This document shows positions 42,162 to 56,841 of a DNA stretch of 64,000 nucleotides, piece by piece (the stretch's first letter is position 1; every line of letters begins with the position of its first letter). The stretch comes from Octopus vulgaris (Eukaryota). Location: assembly GCA_951406725.2 (NCBI GenBank), contig OX597832.1, forward strand, positions 37,076,001-37,140,000, written 5' to 3'. The position numbers and the translations under genes are program-made. The notes below the pieces were generated by a model. The model was not told the origin of the DNA. It saw only the letters and a program-made list of their open reading frames with translations, and did no database searches.

Positions 42162-43399
42162 CATACATACATATGCACATATTCATATTAAGAAAATTGT
42201 GTAGAAAATCATGAATACTTCATGGTAACAATCTTTATTCTATCGTGAGGTAATAATACACACTACAAAAGCATTGAAACACTACAGAGGTAGAATTTTT
42301 GTAGAAAAGTGTGAAAATTATAAAGATTTGTGTTTGTTTACATAAAAGCTTGTATATTACCCATGTGTGGCAAAATCTGCGTGGATAATCAGATCAGAGA
42401 TTGAAACAATAAAAAATCCGACACTCTTAGACAATAAGTGGAGGAAAAAACGTATGTATACAATTTTTTTTTTGTCTTTTGATTATTACAATATCAAAAG
42501 CCAACAATTGAGGTAAGAACGACTTTGTTTACACTAAACAACTCCTCATGTGGCTTTATTTTCTTATATACAAACAGATCTGTTGAAATTGAACAATTGA
42601 GGTAAGAATGATTTTGTTTACACTGGCCAACTTCTCACATAGCATTATTTTCTTATATATAAACAGAAAGGTGTCTGACTTATATATTTAGATTTCCAGG
42701 ACACCAGTAATTGAATATGTAATTTAACTCTATAGTTAATGAATTAATTAACTACACATGTCCTTATATATAAATCTTTTTAGGCTCTAAATCTTTTTAG
42801 TCGGTGCTTTAAATTAATTTTTCCATCAACTGAAATTTTATGAAGAGCAGTAAATTCGTTTTTTTTCTATATCTATGATCCCAAACCATATAAGTCTCTC
42901 CACCATTATACCCATCGATTTAACGTGTGATTGATTACTTCTTCCATTCCTTTCTCTCCTTGTAGCACCACCCACACTCTCTCTAGCAGGCGTGCATGCA
43001 CACACACATACATCTACACACTCTCTCTCTTGCTCTCTCTGTCACTCTCTTTTGCTTTCCCTTTCTGTCTTTCTCATTTGCTCTCTCTTTCTGTGTCTCT
43101 CTCACTCTTACTCTCTCGCTCTGTCTCTGTCTATCTGTCTGTCTGTCTCTTTCTCTCTCTCTCTCTCTTTCCCTGTATACATATATGTTGAACATGTGTG
43201 TATATACTCTTTTACTCATTTACTTGTTTCAGTCATTTGACTGTGGCCATGCTGGAGCACCGCCATTAGTCGAGCAAATCGCCCCCAGGACTTATTCTTT
43301 GTAAGCCTAGTACTTTATTCTATCAGTCTCTTTTGCCGAACCGCTTGAGAGGAGGAATGAAGGTTTAACATATTTGAATCAAACCATTTTGTAGTGTAG

Positions 43400-43928
43400 C
43401 ACTTCCTGAAGCGTTACACTACAAAATGGTATTCTAGCTTCCCCAGGTGTTTAATGAGCTGTACTTTTAGAAATTTCCATCTCCTCTGCAAGTTCTGTAG
43501 TCGTGATATTTGAGTTTTGCTTTGAAAACATCTTCATCCAATTTTGAAGATCCTCTCCCACAACTCACCTTCCAAGATAAATACATCAGCTTCAAGTTTT
43601 GCAAACCACCTTTGAATAGTTGATTCACCTGCAGCATCATCATCACCATAACCTTCACAAATGTTTTTGCAAGTATTTGAAGAACTTCCTCCTTTTTTTG
43701 AAAAGGTAAAGCATTGCAACGAGAATATGAACTTTTTGGTTATTCATTTCAAATATCAATAAAGGGTAACCGGAATGAAAGACAAATCTGTTTTTAGTCA
43801 GGAACAAAGAAGAGATGCATTATCACTTCAAGCAACGCCAAAGTTTTAACTGTGTTACGTTTCAGGTGTGTTTAATGAAACGTTAAAATATATAGCTTAA
43901 AAATGCACAGAATTTTCTGGAACCTCTA
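43400..43928 (-). mobile_element. mariner 5' remnant
   Basis: KNICEGYGDDDAAGESTIQRWFAKL; TIR-like end near 43900-43928. Confidence 0.8.
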
Positions 43929-43962
43929 ATATATATATATACATATTTACATATATACGTAC

Positions 43963-44093
<131 letters not shown>

Positions 44094-45202
44094 TTCAGCA
44101 AAAATTTAGATTCAAATGAATATGGTACTTAATTTAGATGCACCAGAATTCTGTATGGTGTTATCCATAAAAATCCTTGGGGTGATTATATATAGTGTAT
44201 ATATATGTGTGTATATATATATATATATCTATATATATATATGTATTTATATATATGTGTGTGTATGTGTGTGTATGTGTGTGTATATATATGTATATAT
44301 ATATGTGTGTGTGTGTGTATGTGTATATATATATATTTGAAGATGGTCATTTGCTGATAGCAAGTGTTTTCACTTTGTCCAGGAAATCTGTAAGAAAATT
44401 GCTTAGAAAATTGTTAGTACATCATGGTAATGGATCTTCATTCTCTCCCACTTGTGGCAAAAACCCTAAGAATAATCAGGCCAAGGATCGAACCTTCCCT
44501 AATTATACAGTAAAAAATCTGATTCTCTTAGAGAATATTTTGATAGAAAAGAGTATCTATACAATGTTTTTGTCCTTTTGTTGCTACAATCTCCCGAAAG
44601 CCAACAATTAGGTTAAGAACGACTTCGTTTACACTTACCAAATTCTCATGTGGCATTATTTTCTTATACATAAACAGATCTATCGAAAGCGAACAATTGA
44701 GGTAAGAATGACTTTGTTTACACTAAACAACTCCTCACATGGCATTATTTTAATATTTATAAATAGAGAGGCGTCTAATTTATATATCTAGATTTCCGGG
44801 AAAGCTGTAATTGAATACTTAGTTAATTAGTGTTTTTATATATAAAGCTTTTTAGGGTCTGCACTTTGTATTCATTTTTCAATCCATTTCTCTTTATATT
44901 TACGATCCCAAAACATAAGTCTCTCCACTCTTATACAACTTAATTTAATCCGTGGTTCATTGATTAACTTCTCAATCCTTCTCTGCACCCGTTTCTCTCT
45001 CACTGTGGTACCCACCCACACACTCTCTCTCGCTCCCTCTCTCTTACTTTCATTCTCACTCTCTTACTTTCATTCTCTCTCGCTCTCTCCCTCTCCCTGT
45101 ATACCTATCTGTTGAACATGTGTGAATATGGGAATATGTGTTTAGAAAGAATAAAGGTATAGACTCACGCCAACTAATCCCCCTCCCACCTGTGCACACA
45201 TA

Positions 45203-46290
45203 CAGGAGTTGGACAAAACAATGGACACACCTTAAAATTTCAAACAAATTTATTTTAATATGGGCGTAGGATTGCTTTTGGCAGTAATTGCAGTTTGAAT
45301 TGTACGAGATATGAACTCGTACAAAGTTTGAATTGTTTCCAAAGGAATTTTTGTCCATTCTTCAGCTAAAACAGTCTCCAGTTCTTGTAGTGATGATGGT
45401 GGAGGATATTGACTCCTTAGATGTTTTTCTAAAATGCACCATAAATGTTCAATAATATTGAGATCTGGGGACTGCAGCAGCCAGATAAGATGTTCATCTT
45501 CACCAGAATGTTCCTCGTGCCATTCAGTAACAACTTTAGCTTTGTGAATTGGTGCATTATCCTCCTGAAAGATTGCATTTTCCCCTGGAAACAGTTCCAC
45601 AACCTCAGGATGAATTTGATAAGATAAAATGCTTAAATAGTCTTGACTATTAATTCTGCTATGAAGGGAAACAGTTGGGCCAGTGAATTTCCAAGATATA
45701 GCCCCCAAGATCAACACAGATCCTCCTCCATGTTTAACAGTGGGAAGAAGGCATTTTGGGTCAAATGCTTCTTTTGGCTGTCTCCACACGTATACTTGGC
45801 TGGTGGTGGGAAATAAGGTAAAGGATGACTTGTCTGAGAAAATAACACTCTTCCACTGCTCTAGGGACCAATTCTGTAGGTTTTTACTCCACTCAAAATG
45901 CTTTTCAACATTTGCTTTTGAAAGTAGTGGTTTTCTGATTGCAGCCCTCCCGTGAAATCCAGCTTTGTGCAGCTCCCAGCAAACAGTTTTCATGGAAACT
46001 GGGTTTGCAAGGTGGTCATTAAGCTCTACAGTAATTTTGGGAGCAGTAATTTTTTGATCCTTTCTAACAATTTACGTAAGAACCCTATCAGAAAGTTTTG
46101 GTTTTCTTCAAGAGTTTTGTTTTGATGAGGAGGTTTTTCCCTCTTTCTCAAAGGCTGTCATTACTTTCAAGAAAGTACTTCTTGATACACCAAACATTTT
46201 TGCTATTTTCATTATGTTAGCGCCTGCCTTACGAGCACCAACAATTTGACCTCTTAGAAAGTCCAATAGATCTGTCATTGTAATGAATTT
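45203..46290 (-). mobile_element. Tc1-family transposon, decayed, DD36E spacing
   Basis: VIFSDKSSF, TVKHGGGSV, FQEDNAPIH, SPDLNIIEHLW; HTH ORF at 46108-46320; TA plus caggagttggac terminus at 45203. Confidence 0.93.
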
Positions 46291-46756
46291 TGTGTGTGTG
46301 TGTGTTTGTGTAAATATCAAGATGGGAACTTGCTGATTGCACGTGTTTACACCTTGTCATGGAAATGTTTAAGAAAATTGCGTAGAGAATCATGAATGCT
46401 TCATGGTAACCAATCTTTATTCTATCTTGAGGTAATAATGTACACTACGAAAACACTACGGAGATAGAATTTGCATAGAAAAGTGCGAAAGTTACTTTGT
46501 CATTGTTTACATTAAAAATTATATATTACCCACACATGGCAAAACCTGTGTGAATAATCAGATCAGGGATCGAATCTTCCCTACTTCCACAGTAAAAATC
46601 CGATTCTCTTAGTGAATAAGTGGGGGGAAAATGCACGTATGCAATTTTTTTATCTTTTGTAAATTACGATCTGTCGAAAGCCAATTGAGGTAAGAATGAC
46701 TTTCTTTACACTGACCAACTTCTCACATAGCGTTATATTTTCTTATACATAAACAG

Positions 46757-46780
46757 ATCTGTTGAAAGTGAACAAGAGAG
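46757..46780 (+). other. Representative 24-nt microexon (others start at 35253, 40968, 42578, 44678, 48922, 50748, 54416, 57521, 61405)
   Basis: ataaacAG|atctgttgaaagtgaacaagagag|GTAAGA; ~65-nt flanking introns containing CTGAC/CTAAC branch motifs. Confidence 0.55.
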
Positions 46781-47322
46781 GTAAGAATGACTTTGTTTAC
46801 ACTAACCAATTCCTCATGTGGCATTATTTTCCCATATATAAACAGAAACGCGTCTGACTTATATATCTAGATTTCCAGGAAATCAGTACTTGAATATGTA
46901 ATTAATTATTTAGTTCATTAATTAACTACATGTGTCTGTATATATATATAAATCTTTTTAGATTCTAAATCTTTCAAGGCTCAGCACTTTAAATTAATTT
47001 TTCAACCAATTGAAATTTTACGAAGAGAAGTAAATTCTGGGTTTTTTTTAATGTTTACGATCCCAAAACATATAAATCTCTCCACTCTTAAACCCTTCAA
47101 TTTAATCTGCGATTGGTTGATTAATTTCTCAATTACTCTCCCCGCCCCCCGTGTGTCTTTCACTGTAACACCCCCACACTCTCTCGAGCATGAATTTATG
47201 CACATACTCACATGTACACACTCTTTCTCTCTCTTGCTCTCTCTTGCTCTCTCTCTCTTTCTCTTGCTCTCTCTGTCTGTCTGTCTCTCGCTCACTTTCA
47301 TTCTCTCCCTCTCTCTCACTCA

Positions 47323-47379
<57 letters not shown>

Positions 47380-47849
47380 GCTATCTATCTATCTGTCAAA
47401 CATATGTGTATATAGGAATATGTCTATAGAAATACTATAGATGTATACTCAAAGTCACACAGATCTCTTGATTGACTAATCTCTCAAGTCCTCTTTCTCC
47501 CCTGCGTGCCTCTCCCTATTGCACTCTCCCTCCACTCTCTTGGAGGTGTCCATGCACACACGCTCATGCACACATACTCTCTCTCTCTCTCTCTATCTCT
47601 CTTACTCAACCTCTCTCTCTCCCTCTCCATGTATACCCATCTGTTGAACATGTGCGTGTATGGGAATATGTCTATAGAAAGATTATAGTTATATACTCAA
47701 AGTCACACAGATGCCTCTTCCCTAGGCCAACGAATGCCCCTCCCACCTTTGCACGCATAGATCCATACAACGTACACCTGACTCTCTTCCTCTCTCTCCC
47801 TGTCTCTCCTTACCTCAATATTTCTCTAAATATGTACAGAAGGTTAAAG

Positions 47850-48225
47850 ATGTCTTGAACCTGGGGTCAGTAATGAACTGAAACTCTGAGAGGGTGGATG
47901 GCAAATAGCCGAAGGAGACAATCCAAATAATATCATAACAGCAGCTCTGAAGGACAATGGCAACATAGAGACCAAAGGTCAGACAGAACGGAAAAAGACA
48001 AGAGTCAATCTGCTCCTGTGCCCTCATCAAACCTTACATTAACACACTTGACACCATCTTTGCACAGGAACTCAAAAAGGATGACAAGGATGGAGACCCT
48101 GATGTAAGTGGCAGATGTTCCCCTTACCCTACTGATCCAGAAGGGAACACATCTGAAAGAAAAACTAAAACTGAGAGACATGTCAAGGAAGAAAACACCA
48201 GCATTGATGGCCCTACCAGCACCAA
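47850..48225 (+). pseudogene. Myb/SANT-like copy F
   Basis: Colinear with copy A; TGA at codon 3 plus frameshifts. Confidence 0.68.
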
Positions 48226-48229
48226 TACA

Positions 48230-48592
48230 AGTGGTCCACTCAGTCATATAAGATGAACTGGCAGACCATCTACACACTGGTGGGTGGGGGACACCCCTTC
48301 AGTCATGAATGACCATGAGATTGCACCTAGAAAGTTACCCTCCGAGGTACAAGTCCAGGCAAGGTTATTTATAGAAGACCAGCAGTCACCCATGCATACC
48401 GGCCTCCCCTCTCCATGCCAAGGGAAAGGCAAAGGGGCCAATACAGCTTGGCACCATTTCTACAGCTGAGTAAACTGGAGCAACGTGAAATAAAGTGTCT
48501 TGCTCAAGAACACAACACACAGCTCAGTCCAGGAATTGAACTCACAACCTCACGATCGTAAGCTCGACACTCTAACCACTGAGCCATGCGCC
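48230..48592 (-). mobile_element. tRNA-derived SINE
   Basis: Reverse head ggcgcatggctcagtggttagagt...gtgagttcaattcc. Confidence 0.8.
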
Positions 48593-49650
48593 TTCACACT
48601 ATGAAAACACTAAAACACTACATCAGAAGAATTTTCGTAGAAATGTGTGAAAATTACAAAGTTTATGTTTGTTTACTTAAAAACTTATGTATTAACCATG
48701 TGTGGAAAAACCCCTGTGAAAAATCGAACCAAAGATAGAAACTTCCCTACTTACACAGTAAAATATCCGATTCTCTTATACAATAAGCGGAGGTAAAAAC
48801 GTATGCATACAATTTTTTTGTGTTTTAGTTATTACGATCTGTCGAAAGCCAACAGTTGAGGTAAGAATGACTTTGTTTACACAAACCAACTTCTCATGTG
48901 GCATTATTTTCTTATAAACAGATCTGCTGAAAGTGAACAAGTGAGGTAAGAATGACTTTGCTTACATGGAACAACTCCTTACACAGCATTATTTGCTTCT
49001 ATATAAACAGAAATGTGTCTGACTTATATATCTAGATTCCCAGGAAAGCAGTAATTGAATGCGTACTTAATTATTTAGTTAATTAATTAATTAATTAACT
49101 ACATGTGTGTCTACAAATCTTTTTAGGCTGTATATCCTTTTAGTCTCAGCACTTAAAATTAATTTTTCATTCAACTGAAATTTTACGAAGAGAAGTAAAT
49201 TCCATTTTGCTTTCTATTTACGATCCCAAAACGTATAAGTCTCTCCACTTCTTATGCTCTTTTATTTAATCTGCAAGTGGTTCATTAATTTCTCAATTCC
49301 ACTCTCTTCTGTGTCTCTCTCTCCGTGTAGCACCACCCACACTCTCTCTCAATCAAAGCACACACTCTCTCTCTTACTCTCTTGCTCTGTCTCCCTCTTG
49401 CTCACTCTCTTTTACTCTCTCCTTGTGTACCTGTCTATTTAACATGTGTATATGGGAATATGTCTATATAAAGATTATAGATACATACTGAAAGTCACAC
49501 AGATCTCGCTTCTCTATCCCAGCTAATGTCCTTCCCATCTGTGCATGCATAGATCAAATACAACTTACACCTCTCTTTCTTCCTGTTTCCCTATCTCTCC
49601 TTATCTCAATATTTCTCTAAATATATACAAGAAGAAACAGCAGGCAAAAG

Positions 49651-49784
49651 GTGTCCTGAAACTGGGTTAGTGCTGAACTGAAACTGTTACTAAAAGGGTG
49701 GATAAAATACCTGAAGGAGACAATCCAAATAATATCATCTTTGCAGCTCTAAAGAGCAATGGCTACAGAAGGACCACAGCTCAG
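49651..49784 (+). pseudogene. Myb/SANT-like copy G, truncated
   Basis: GTG TCC TGA NWVSAELKLLLKGW, a frameshift, then ALKSNGYRRTTAQ; cut by another repeat. Confidence 0.68.
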
Positions 49785-51422
49785 GGCCTGACTGCCGACC
49801 GTCAACACATCTTGTGTCCATCTCCCATGTTCCTGCCTTTAGGGTTTTATATCATACATGCCAGCTCAGTTTGAAACATTCTCAGTCGAAAGACGCTTGT
49901 TGTTATTTCTTGTTGTATTCGTAATTGTGCACCATGTTCTCCGTTTTTTTTTTATTTGTTTGTCTTTTTTCATCTTTGTTGCCGTAAACATTCACTAGCT
50001 TTCTTACAAAGGGGTCTAATGCTCTTAGCTTTGACTTTTTGGGGACAATCAGATTAAATCATCTCAAGTGTAACTGTCTGAAATGGTCGTGACTTCTGGT
50101 ACTTGACTGATGAAAGAAAACCAAGAACAACTTGTCTTTTTTGCCTGTCCTTCTTATTGTTGTTTCTCTTATCCGCCTTTGTGTCGTCTATCTTGTTCCA
50201 ATGTTTTAATGCCCTCTATTGCGTTTTTGTTCCATTTTTATATTTACACATACACACAGATATATATATATATATATAAATATATATATTCCAAGATGGT
50301 GACTTTCTGGTAGCACATATTTTCACTTGGTTCTGAAAGTTTTTTAGAAAATTGTACAGAAAATCGTTACTACTTCATGTTAACTAATCTTTATTGTATC
50401 CTGGGGTGATAATACACACTACGAAAACACTAATACACTACATAGGCAGAATTTCAGTAGAAAAATGAAAATTACAAAGTTCATGTTTGTTTACATAAAA
50501 ACTGATATATATTACCTGTGTGTGGCAAAACCTCTGTAAATAATCAGACCAAGAATTGAAACTTCCTTACTTATCCACTGAAAAATCGGATTCTCTTAGA
50601 AAAAAAGTGAGGGAAAAATGTATGTTTACAATTTTTTTCATCTTTTGGTTATTACGATCTGTCGAAAGCAGACAATTGTAGTAACAACAACTTTGTTTAC
50701 ACTAATCAACATCTCACGCGGCATTATATTTTCTTATACATAAACAGATCTGTTGAAAGCGAACAATTGAGGTAAGAACGACTTTGTTTACAGTAACCAA
50801 CTCCTCACGCAATATTAGTTTCTGACCTATAAACCAACAGGTGTCCGACCTGTATATCTAAATTTTCTGGAATTCAGTGATTGAACATGTAATTAATTAT
50901 TTGGTTAATTAATTACCTATATGTGCCTTTATATATAAATCTTTTTGTTCCATGCTTAGATTCCATTTTTCAATCAACTTAAATTTTACTAAGAGAAGTA
51001 AATTCTGTTTTTTATTTATATTTACGATACCAAAGTCCCTCCACTCTTATACATTTTAATTTAATCTGCGATTGATTAATTTCTCTGTTCCTCTCTTTCC
51101 CCAGTGTCTCTCTCCTTGTACCCCCCCCCCACATGCACGTGTACACACACACACTCTCTCTGTCTTTTGCTCTTTCTCTCTTTCTCTTACTTTCTCTCTC
51201 TCGCTCTCTCTCTCCCTACATACCTATCTATTGATCATGTGTGTTTATAGGAATGTGTCCACAGAAAGCTTATAGATAGTCACACAGATATCTCGTCCCT
51301 ATCCCAACTAATACCCCTCTAAACTGTGCACACATAGATCAATACACTTTATGTCTCTCTGTCTTTTTCTCTCCCTATCTCAGTATTTCTCTAAATACAT
51401 TGAAGGAAACAGCAGACTAAAG

Positions 51423-51818
51423 ATGTCTCGAAATTGGCTGAGCGCTGAACTGAAACTCTTTTTCAGATGGTGGCAAATAGCCGACGGAGACAATCCACAT
51501 AATATTATGATGGCAGGTCTAAAGGACAATGGCTACATAAGGACCATAGCTCAGATAGAGCTGTAAAAACAAGAGTGGATCAGGTCCTGTGCCCTCATCA
51601 ACCCTCACGTTAACACACTTAACACCATCTTTGCACAGGAACTCAAAAAGGATGACAAGGATGGAGACCCTGATGTGAGTAACAGACATTCCACTGGCAA
51701 TACAGCTCCACAAGGGAACACTTCTGAAACAAAAACTAAAATTGTGAGATCTGCCATGGAAGAAGACACCAGCATTGATGGTCCTAAAACTAACAAATAT
51801 CAACACCAAAAAAGCAAA
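51423..51818 (+). pseudogene. Myb/SANT-like copy H, single internal stop
   Basis: MSRNWLSAELKLFFRWWQIADGDNPHNIMMAGLKDNGYIRTIAQIEL*KQEWIRSC... Confidence 0.72.
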
Positions 51819-51835
51819 TACATATATATATATTC

Positions 51836-51877
<42 letters not shown>

Positions 51878-51930
51878 ATATGCATATATATGTATATATA
51901 TGCGTGCGTTTGTGTGTGTATATATATATA

Positions 51931-52476
51931 CAGGGTTATTCAAACGGAATGAACCGATTTCATTACGCAATATCTTAATAAGAAAAAGCGATAGAAAACT
52001 CCAGCTAAGTCACAAGTATTTACTCGCAATCAACTTTTATTTCCTGTCTTACAAGTGTTCAAATGTGGCCACCACCTGCAGCATGGGCAACATCAATGCG
52101 ATAAGAAATTCCTCCCAGACATGTATCAGCATATCAAAAGCAAGTTCATTATGGAACTAAAGAATAAATTTGCTTTGCTTTGAGGTGGTTCCAGAAGATA
52201 TTGACATAGAAGGGAAATGGAAAAACTTCGATAAAGCATTCAATCAGCCAACCAAAGAAGTACTCAGTGGATTCTGATATGCTGATATGCATCTGGGAGA
52301 AATTCTCTTATCGCATTGATGTTGCCTGTGTTGCAGGTGGTGGCCACATTTGAAGACTTGCAAGACAGGAAATAAAAGTTGATTATGAGTAAATTCTTGC
52401 GACTTAACTGGAGTTTTCTATTGCTTTTCCTTATTAAAATATTGCATAATGAAATTGGTTCATTCCTTTTGAATAA

Positions 52477-52480
<4 letters not shown>
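51931..52480. mobile_element. Long-TIR mariner-derived MITE (~205-bp inverted arms)
   Basis: 51931-52136 is the reverse complement of ~52276-52480; the arm encodes WEKFSYRIDVACVAGGGHI (transposase C-terminus). Confidence 0.85.
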
Positions 52481-52521
<41 letters not shown>

Positions 52522-52732
52522 AATATATATATAATATATATACAGATACATATACATATGTATATGTATCTATATATACATGCATACATGTATCTATATA
52601 AACATATATGCATATATATTTGTATGTATATATATACATACATATATATGCATATATTTATACATATACACACATATATATATATATACACACACCTATG
52701 TATATACACACACTCACACACACACACATATA

Positions 52733-53050
52733 TGGCTTAGTCATTAGGATATTCAGCTCATGATCATAAGGTCGTGAGTTCAATTCCCAACGGCACACTG
52801 TGTCCTTGAGCAAGACACTTTATTCCACTTTATTGCTCCAGTCCACTCAGCTGGCAAAAAATGAGTTGTACCTGTCTTTCAAAGGGTCAACCTTGTCAGA
52901 TTCTGTGTGTCATGCTGAATCTCCCCAAGAACTATGTTAAGGGTATGCATGTCTGTGGAGCGCTCAGCCACTTGCATGTTAATTTCATGAGCAAGCTGTT
53001 CTGTTGATCAGATTAATTGGAACTCACATCATCATAAACTGACGGCATGT
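52733..53050 (+). mobile_element. tRNA-derived SINE (26690 family)
   Basis: tggcttagtcattaggat A box, gtgagttcaattccc B box, colinear body. Confidence 0.82.
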
Positions 53051-53120
<70 letters not shown>

Positions 53121-53790
53121 GGTTGGCCAAAAGTCACCCAACCGTGAATCCAAATTCCATAAATACTATCTGTAATTCTGTATTGACTTGAATGGAAAAA
53201 ATGTGTCACTCAAGAAGGACTTCAGTTTGAACAATTTTCATGATGTTTCATATTTAGATGCTTCTATTTAATTCATTCAGTTGTAAAACATAAACCTTGG
53301 AATTTAATGGTCTTGATTTACTGTCAGGAGGTTTTGGGCCAAACCTGTATAGATGCATATATTTATATATAGCAAGTGTTTTCAGTTCTTCCTGGGAATC
53401 TTTAAGAAAATCTTCAAAAAAATCCTTAATAATAGATAGTAGCCAATCTTTATTCTATCCTGAGGTAATAACACACCCTATGAAAACGCTGAAACACTTC
53501 ATTGAATTTTCGTAGAAAAGTGAAAATTAAGAATCTTGTGTTTATTTACATAAAAACTCATATATTACCCAGGTGTGGCAAAACCCCTGTGAATAATCAG
53601 ACCAGGTATCAAAACTTCCCTCTTAACACAGTAAAAAATCTGATCTTCTTAGAGAATAAATGAAGGAAAAAATGTATTTATACAATTTTTTGTCTTTTAC
53701 TCATTACGATCTGTTGAAAGCCAATAATTGAGGAAAGAGTGACTTTGTTTACACTCACCAACTTCTCACGCAGCATTATTTTGTTATATA

Positions 53791-54395
53791 ACTGCGGCTT
53801 TTTATAGCTATGGTGCGACCTCACCTGGAATTTGCATCAACGGTCTGGAACTCCTATCTTGCCCAAGATATTAATCGTCTGGAAGCTGTTCAGCGATGTG
53901 CAACCAAGAGAATACCCTCTATCAGGCATTTGCCATATTCTGAATGCCTTACTTCTCTGGGCATGGATACATTGAAACTCCGAAGTCTGGCAGCTGACTT
54001 GACAGACACCCATAAAATTATTAACCATCTTGCTAACAATAACTCTGAGCACCTTTTCAAACTCCACCTGTCTAACACCCGTGGACATGTTTACACAGTC
54101 AGAAAGCAGCACAGCTCCCATGACATTTGGAAACATTTTTTCACGCTAAGAGTTGCTGAAGCATGGAACAAACTGCCGGCATCAGTCGTTAGTTGTCGGA
54201 GCACTGCATCCTTCAAAACTTCCATGCTTCCTGAGATTTGCCAACACTACACCTACTACGTAGGCATGTATCTGACTCATACACTCTTCACTTCCCAGAC
54301 ATTTGTACATTACTGCATATTCTTTATACGCACTTTTGACAAGTTGTGGTGTACCTGAGCACTGTATACAATAATTTCATTATTATTATTATTAT
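53791..54395 (+). mobile_element. 5'-truncated CR1-clade LINE inserted in a unit intron
   Basis: VRPHLEFASTVWNSY...LEAVQRCATK...NTRGH...RVAEAWNKLP; (ATT)n tail. Confidence 0.92.
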
Positions 54396-54974
54396 ATAAA
54401 TATATATATACACAGATCTGATGAAAGCCAAGAAGAGAGGTAAGAACAATGTAGTTTACACTAACCAACTCCTTACACAGCATTATTTGCTTCTATATAA
54501 ACATAAATGTGTCTGACTTATATATCTAGATTCCCAGGAAACCAGTAACTGATTACATAATTAATTGTTTAGTTAATTAATTAACTACACGTGTCTTTAT
54601 ATGTAAAAGTTTTTACAGTCAAAATTTTTTTAATCTTTGCGCTTTAAATTAATATTTCAGTCAACTGAAATTTAATGAAGTGAATTAAAGTTTGTTGTTC
54701 TTCATATTTGCGATCCCAAAATGTATAAGTCTCTCCACTGATATGCCCTTTGATTTAATCTGCGATTGATTGATTAATTTCTCGATTCCACTCTCTTCCT
54801 CGTGTCTCTCTCCCCGTAGCACACCTCACACTCTCTCTAGCAGGCTTACACGCACACACATACACTCACATGTATACACACTCTCTCTCTCTCTAGCTCT
54901 CTGCCTGTCTGTTTCTCTTTGTCTCTTGGTATCTCACTCTCACTCTCTCCCTCTCTCTTTCTTTCTTTCTCAAA

Positions 54975-55590
54975 ATCAAATTCGATGACTGGTGCATACA
55001 TGACAGATGCGCAGGGGCCCTCAGAGAATAGTTGGACATATGAAGCATCAGATGTGGTGTGCAAAAGAGATGACTGCGCTACTGTGGTCATGGGTTGCAT
55101 ATGGATGAGGACAGCTGTATGAAAAAGTGTCACACCCTAGCAGTTGAGGGAACCTGTGGAAAAGGTAGACTCTGGAAGACCTGGATGAGGTGGTGAAGCA
55201 TGACCTTCAAACGTTAGGCCTCACTAAGGTAATGACAAGTGACCGAGACCTTTGAAAATATGCTGTACTTAAGAAGATCTGGTAAGCCAAGTGAGACCGT
55301 AACCATGGCCTATGCCAGAGCAGCATAACCAGCCCATTTAAGAGCACCCTTCAATCATTGGGCAATAAACTGAACTTATGAAGACCTGTTGAGGCAAGTG
55401 GCTGATGACAGCACCACCTGATTGGTACCCATGCTGGTGGCACCATTCAAACGTGGTTGATGCCAGTTCCATCTGATTGGCCCTTGTGCCGGTGGCATGT
55501 AAAAAGCACCTTCTACACCCAGAATGGTTGACATGAGGAAGGGCATACAGCTGTAGAAACATTGCCAGATCGGAGTGGAACCTGGTGCAT
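54975..55590 (+). mobile_element. RTE LINE 3' end with UTR
   Basis: MDEDSCMKKCHTLAVEGTCGKGRLWKTW, then the aaaagcacc/gaagggcat UTR. Confidence 0.8.
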
Positions 55591-55607
55591 ATATATATGT
55601 ATATATA

Positions 55608-55731
<124 letters not shown>

Positions 55732-56589
55732 CATATATACACATATATACACATGTATGTATACTAAAAGAAAGCAATTATTAAAGGGTTGATTGTGTGG
55801 AAATAGTTTTATAAATTCATGTTCTAAGAAATTTCCTATAGTTTTGATTTCTCAATTTTACTGAATTTTTCTAACTCCTATTTCTTGCATATTTAGATAT
55901 ATTCATTGCATTCACTGTGTCCAAATCTTCACACATTTAAATATTCATTGCATTCACTGCAGAGTATTCCATTTTCATTTGCAAAGTTTCACTTTCTCTT
56001 TCAATATTTTTAGTTTAAGTTTTAATTCGCTATTTAGAAAATGAACAGTTTATTCTCTTAATGTATACGTAATGTAAAAACATTATTCATTGAATGAAGA
56101 CTTTTTTTAAATACCCATATAATTTTTGTAAAAAAATTTGGAAGTTATTTTGTTGTTATAGCTGTTTGGAATGCTATAGGCCTTACAATAATAACTATGG
56201 GGACCGATTTTGGCCGTTTCTCTTTTCAACTTAAAAACTATGGGAGAAGACTTTTCAGTAAAAAAACTAAAAAACAAAGCAAATCGTAAATATTTTCAGA
56301 AAAAATGGTGAAGAATTCAAGGGCGGTTTTGCTGTTGTTTCAAGCACAGCCCAAACCACTCTTCCTTTTCACCCTCACATGTTTTGATGCTTTTTCGATA
56401 TTTTTCTCCCGTTAAGCACATTTTATAGAATAATGATGCTGAAGTAACACACGTGTTGTCCGTTGGTGGAATATAAGCAACAAAAAAAGAAAAAATTGGA
56501 GCCTGGTGTAGCCTCCTGGCTTCCCAGACCCCAGTCGAACCGTACAATCCATGCCAGCATAGAAAACGGGCGTTAAATGATGATGATGT

Positions 56590-56841
56590 GTACATACATA
56601 CATACATACATACATACATACATACATACATACATACATACATACATACATACATACATACATACATACATACATACATACATACATACATACATACATA
56701 CATACATACATACACACATACACACATACATACATACATACACACATACATACATACATACATACATACATACACACATACATACATACATACATACATA
56801 CATACATACATACATACATACATACATACATACATACATAC
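56590..56841. repeat. (TACA)n microsatellite
   Basis: Directly visible. Confidence 0.97.

Noticed and set aside
44340-44430. aagATGG block upstream of units E, F, H and J as a coding first exon
   Set aside because: No reading frame is open across the copies
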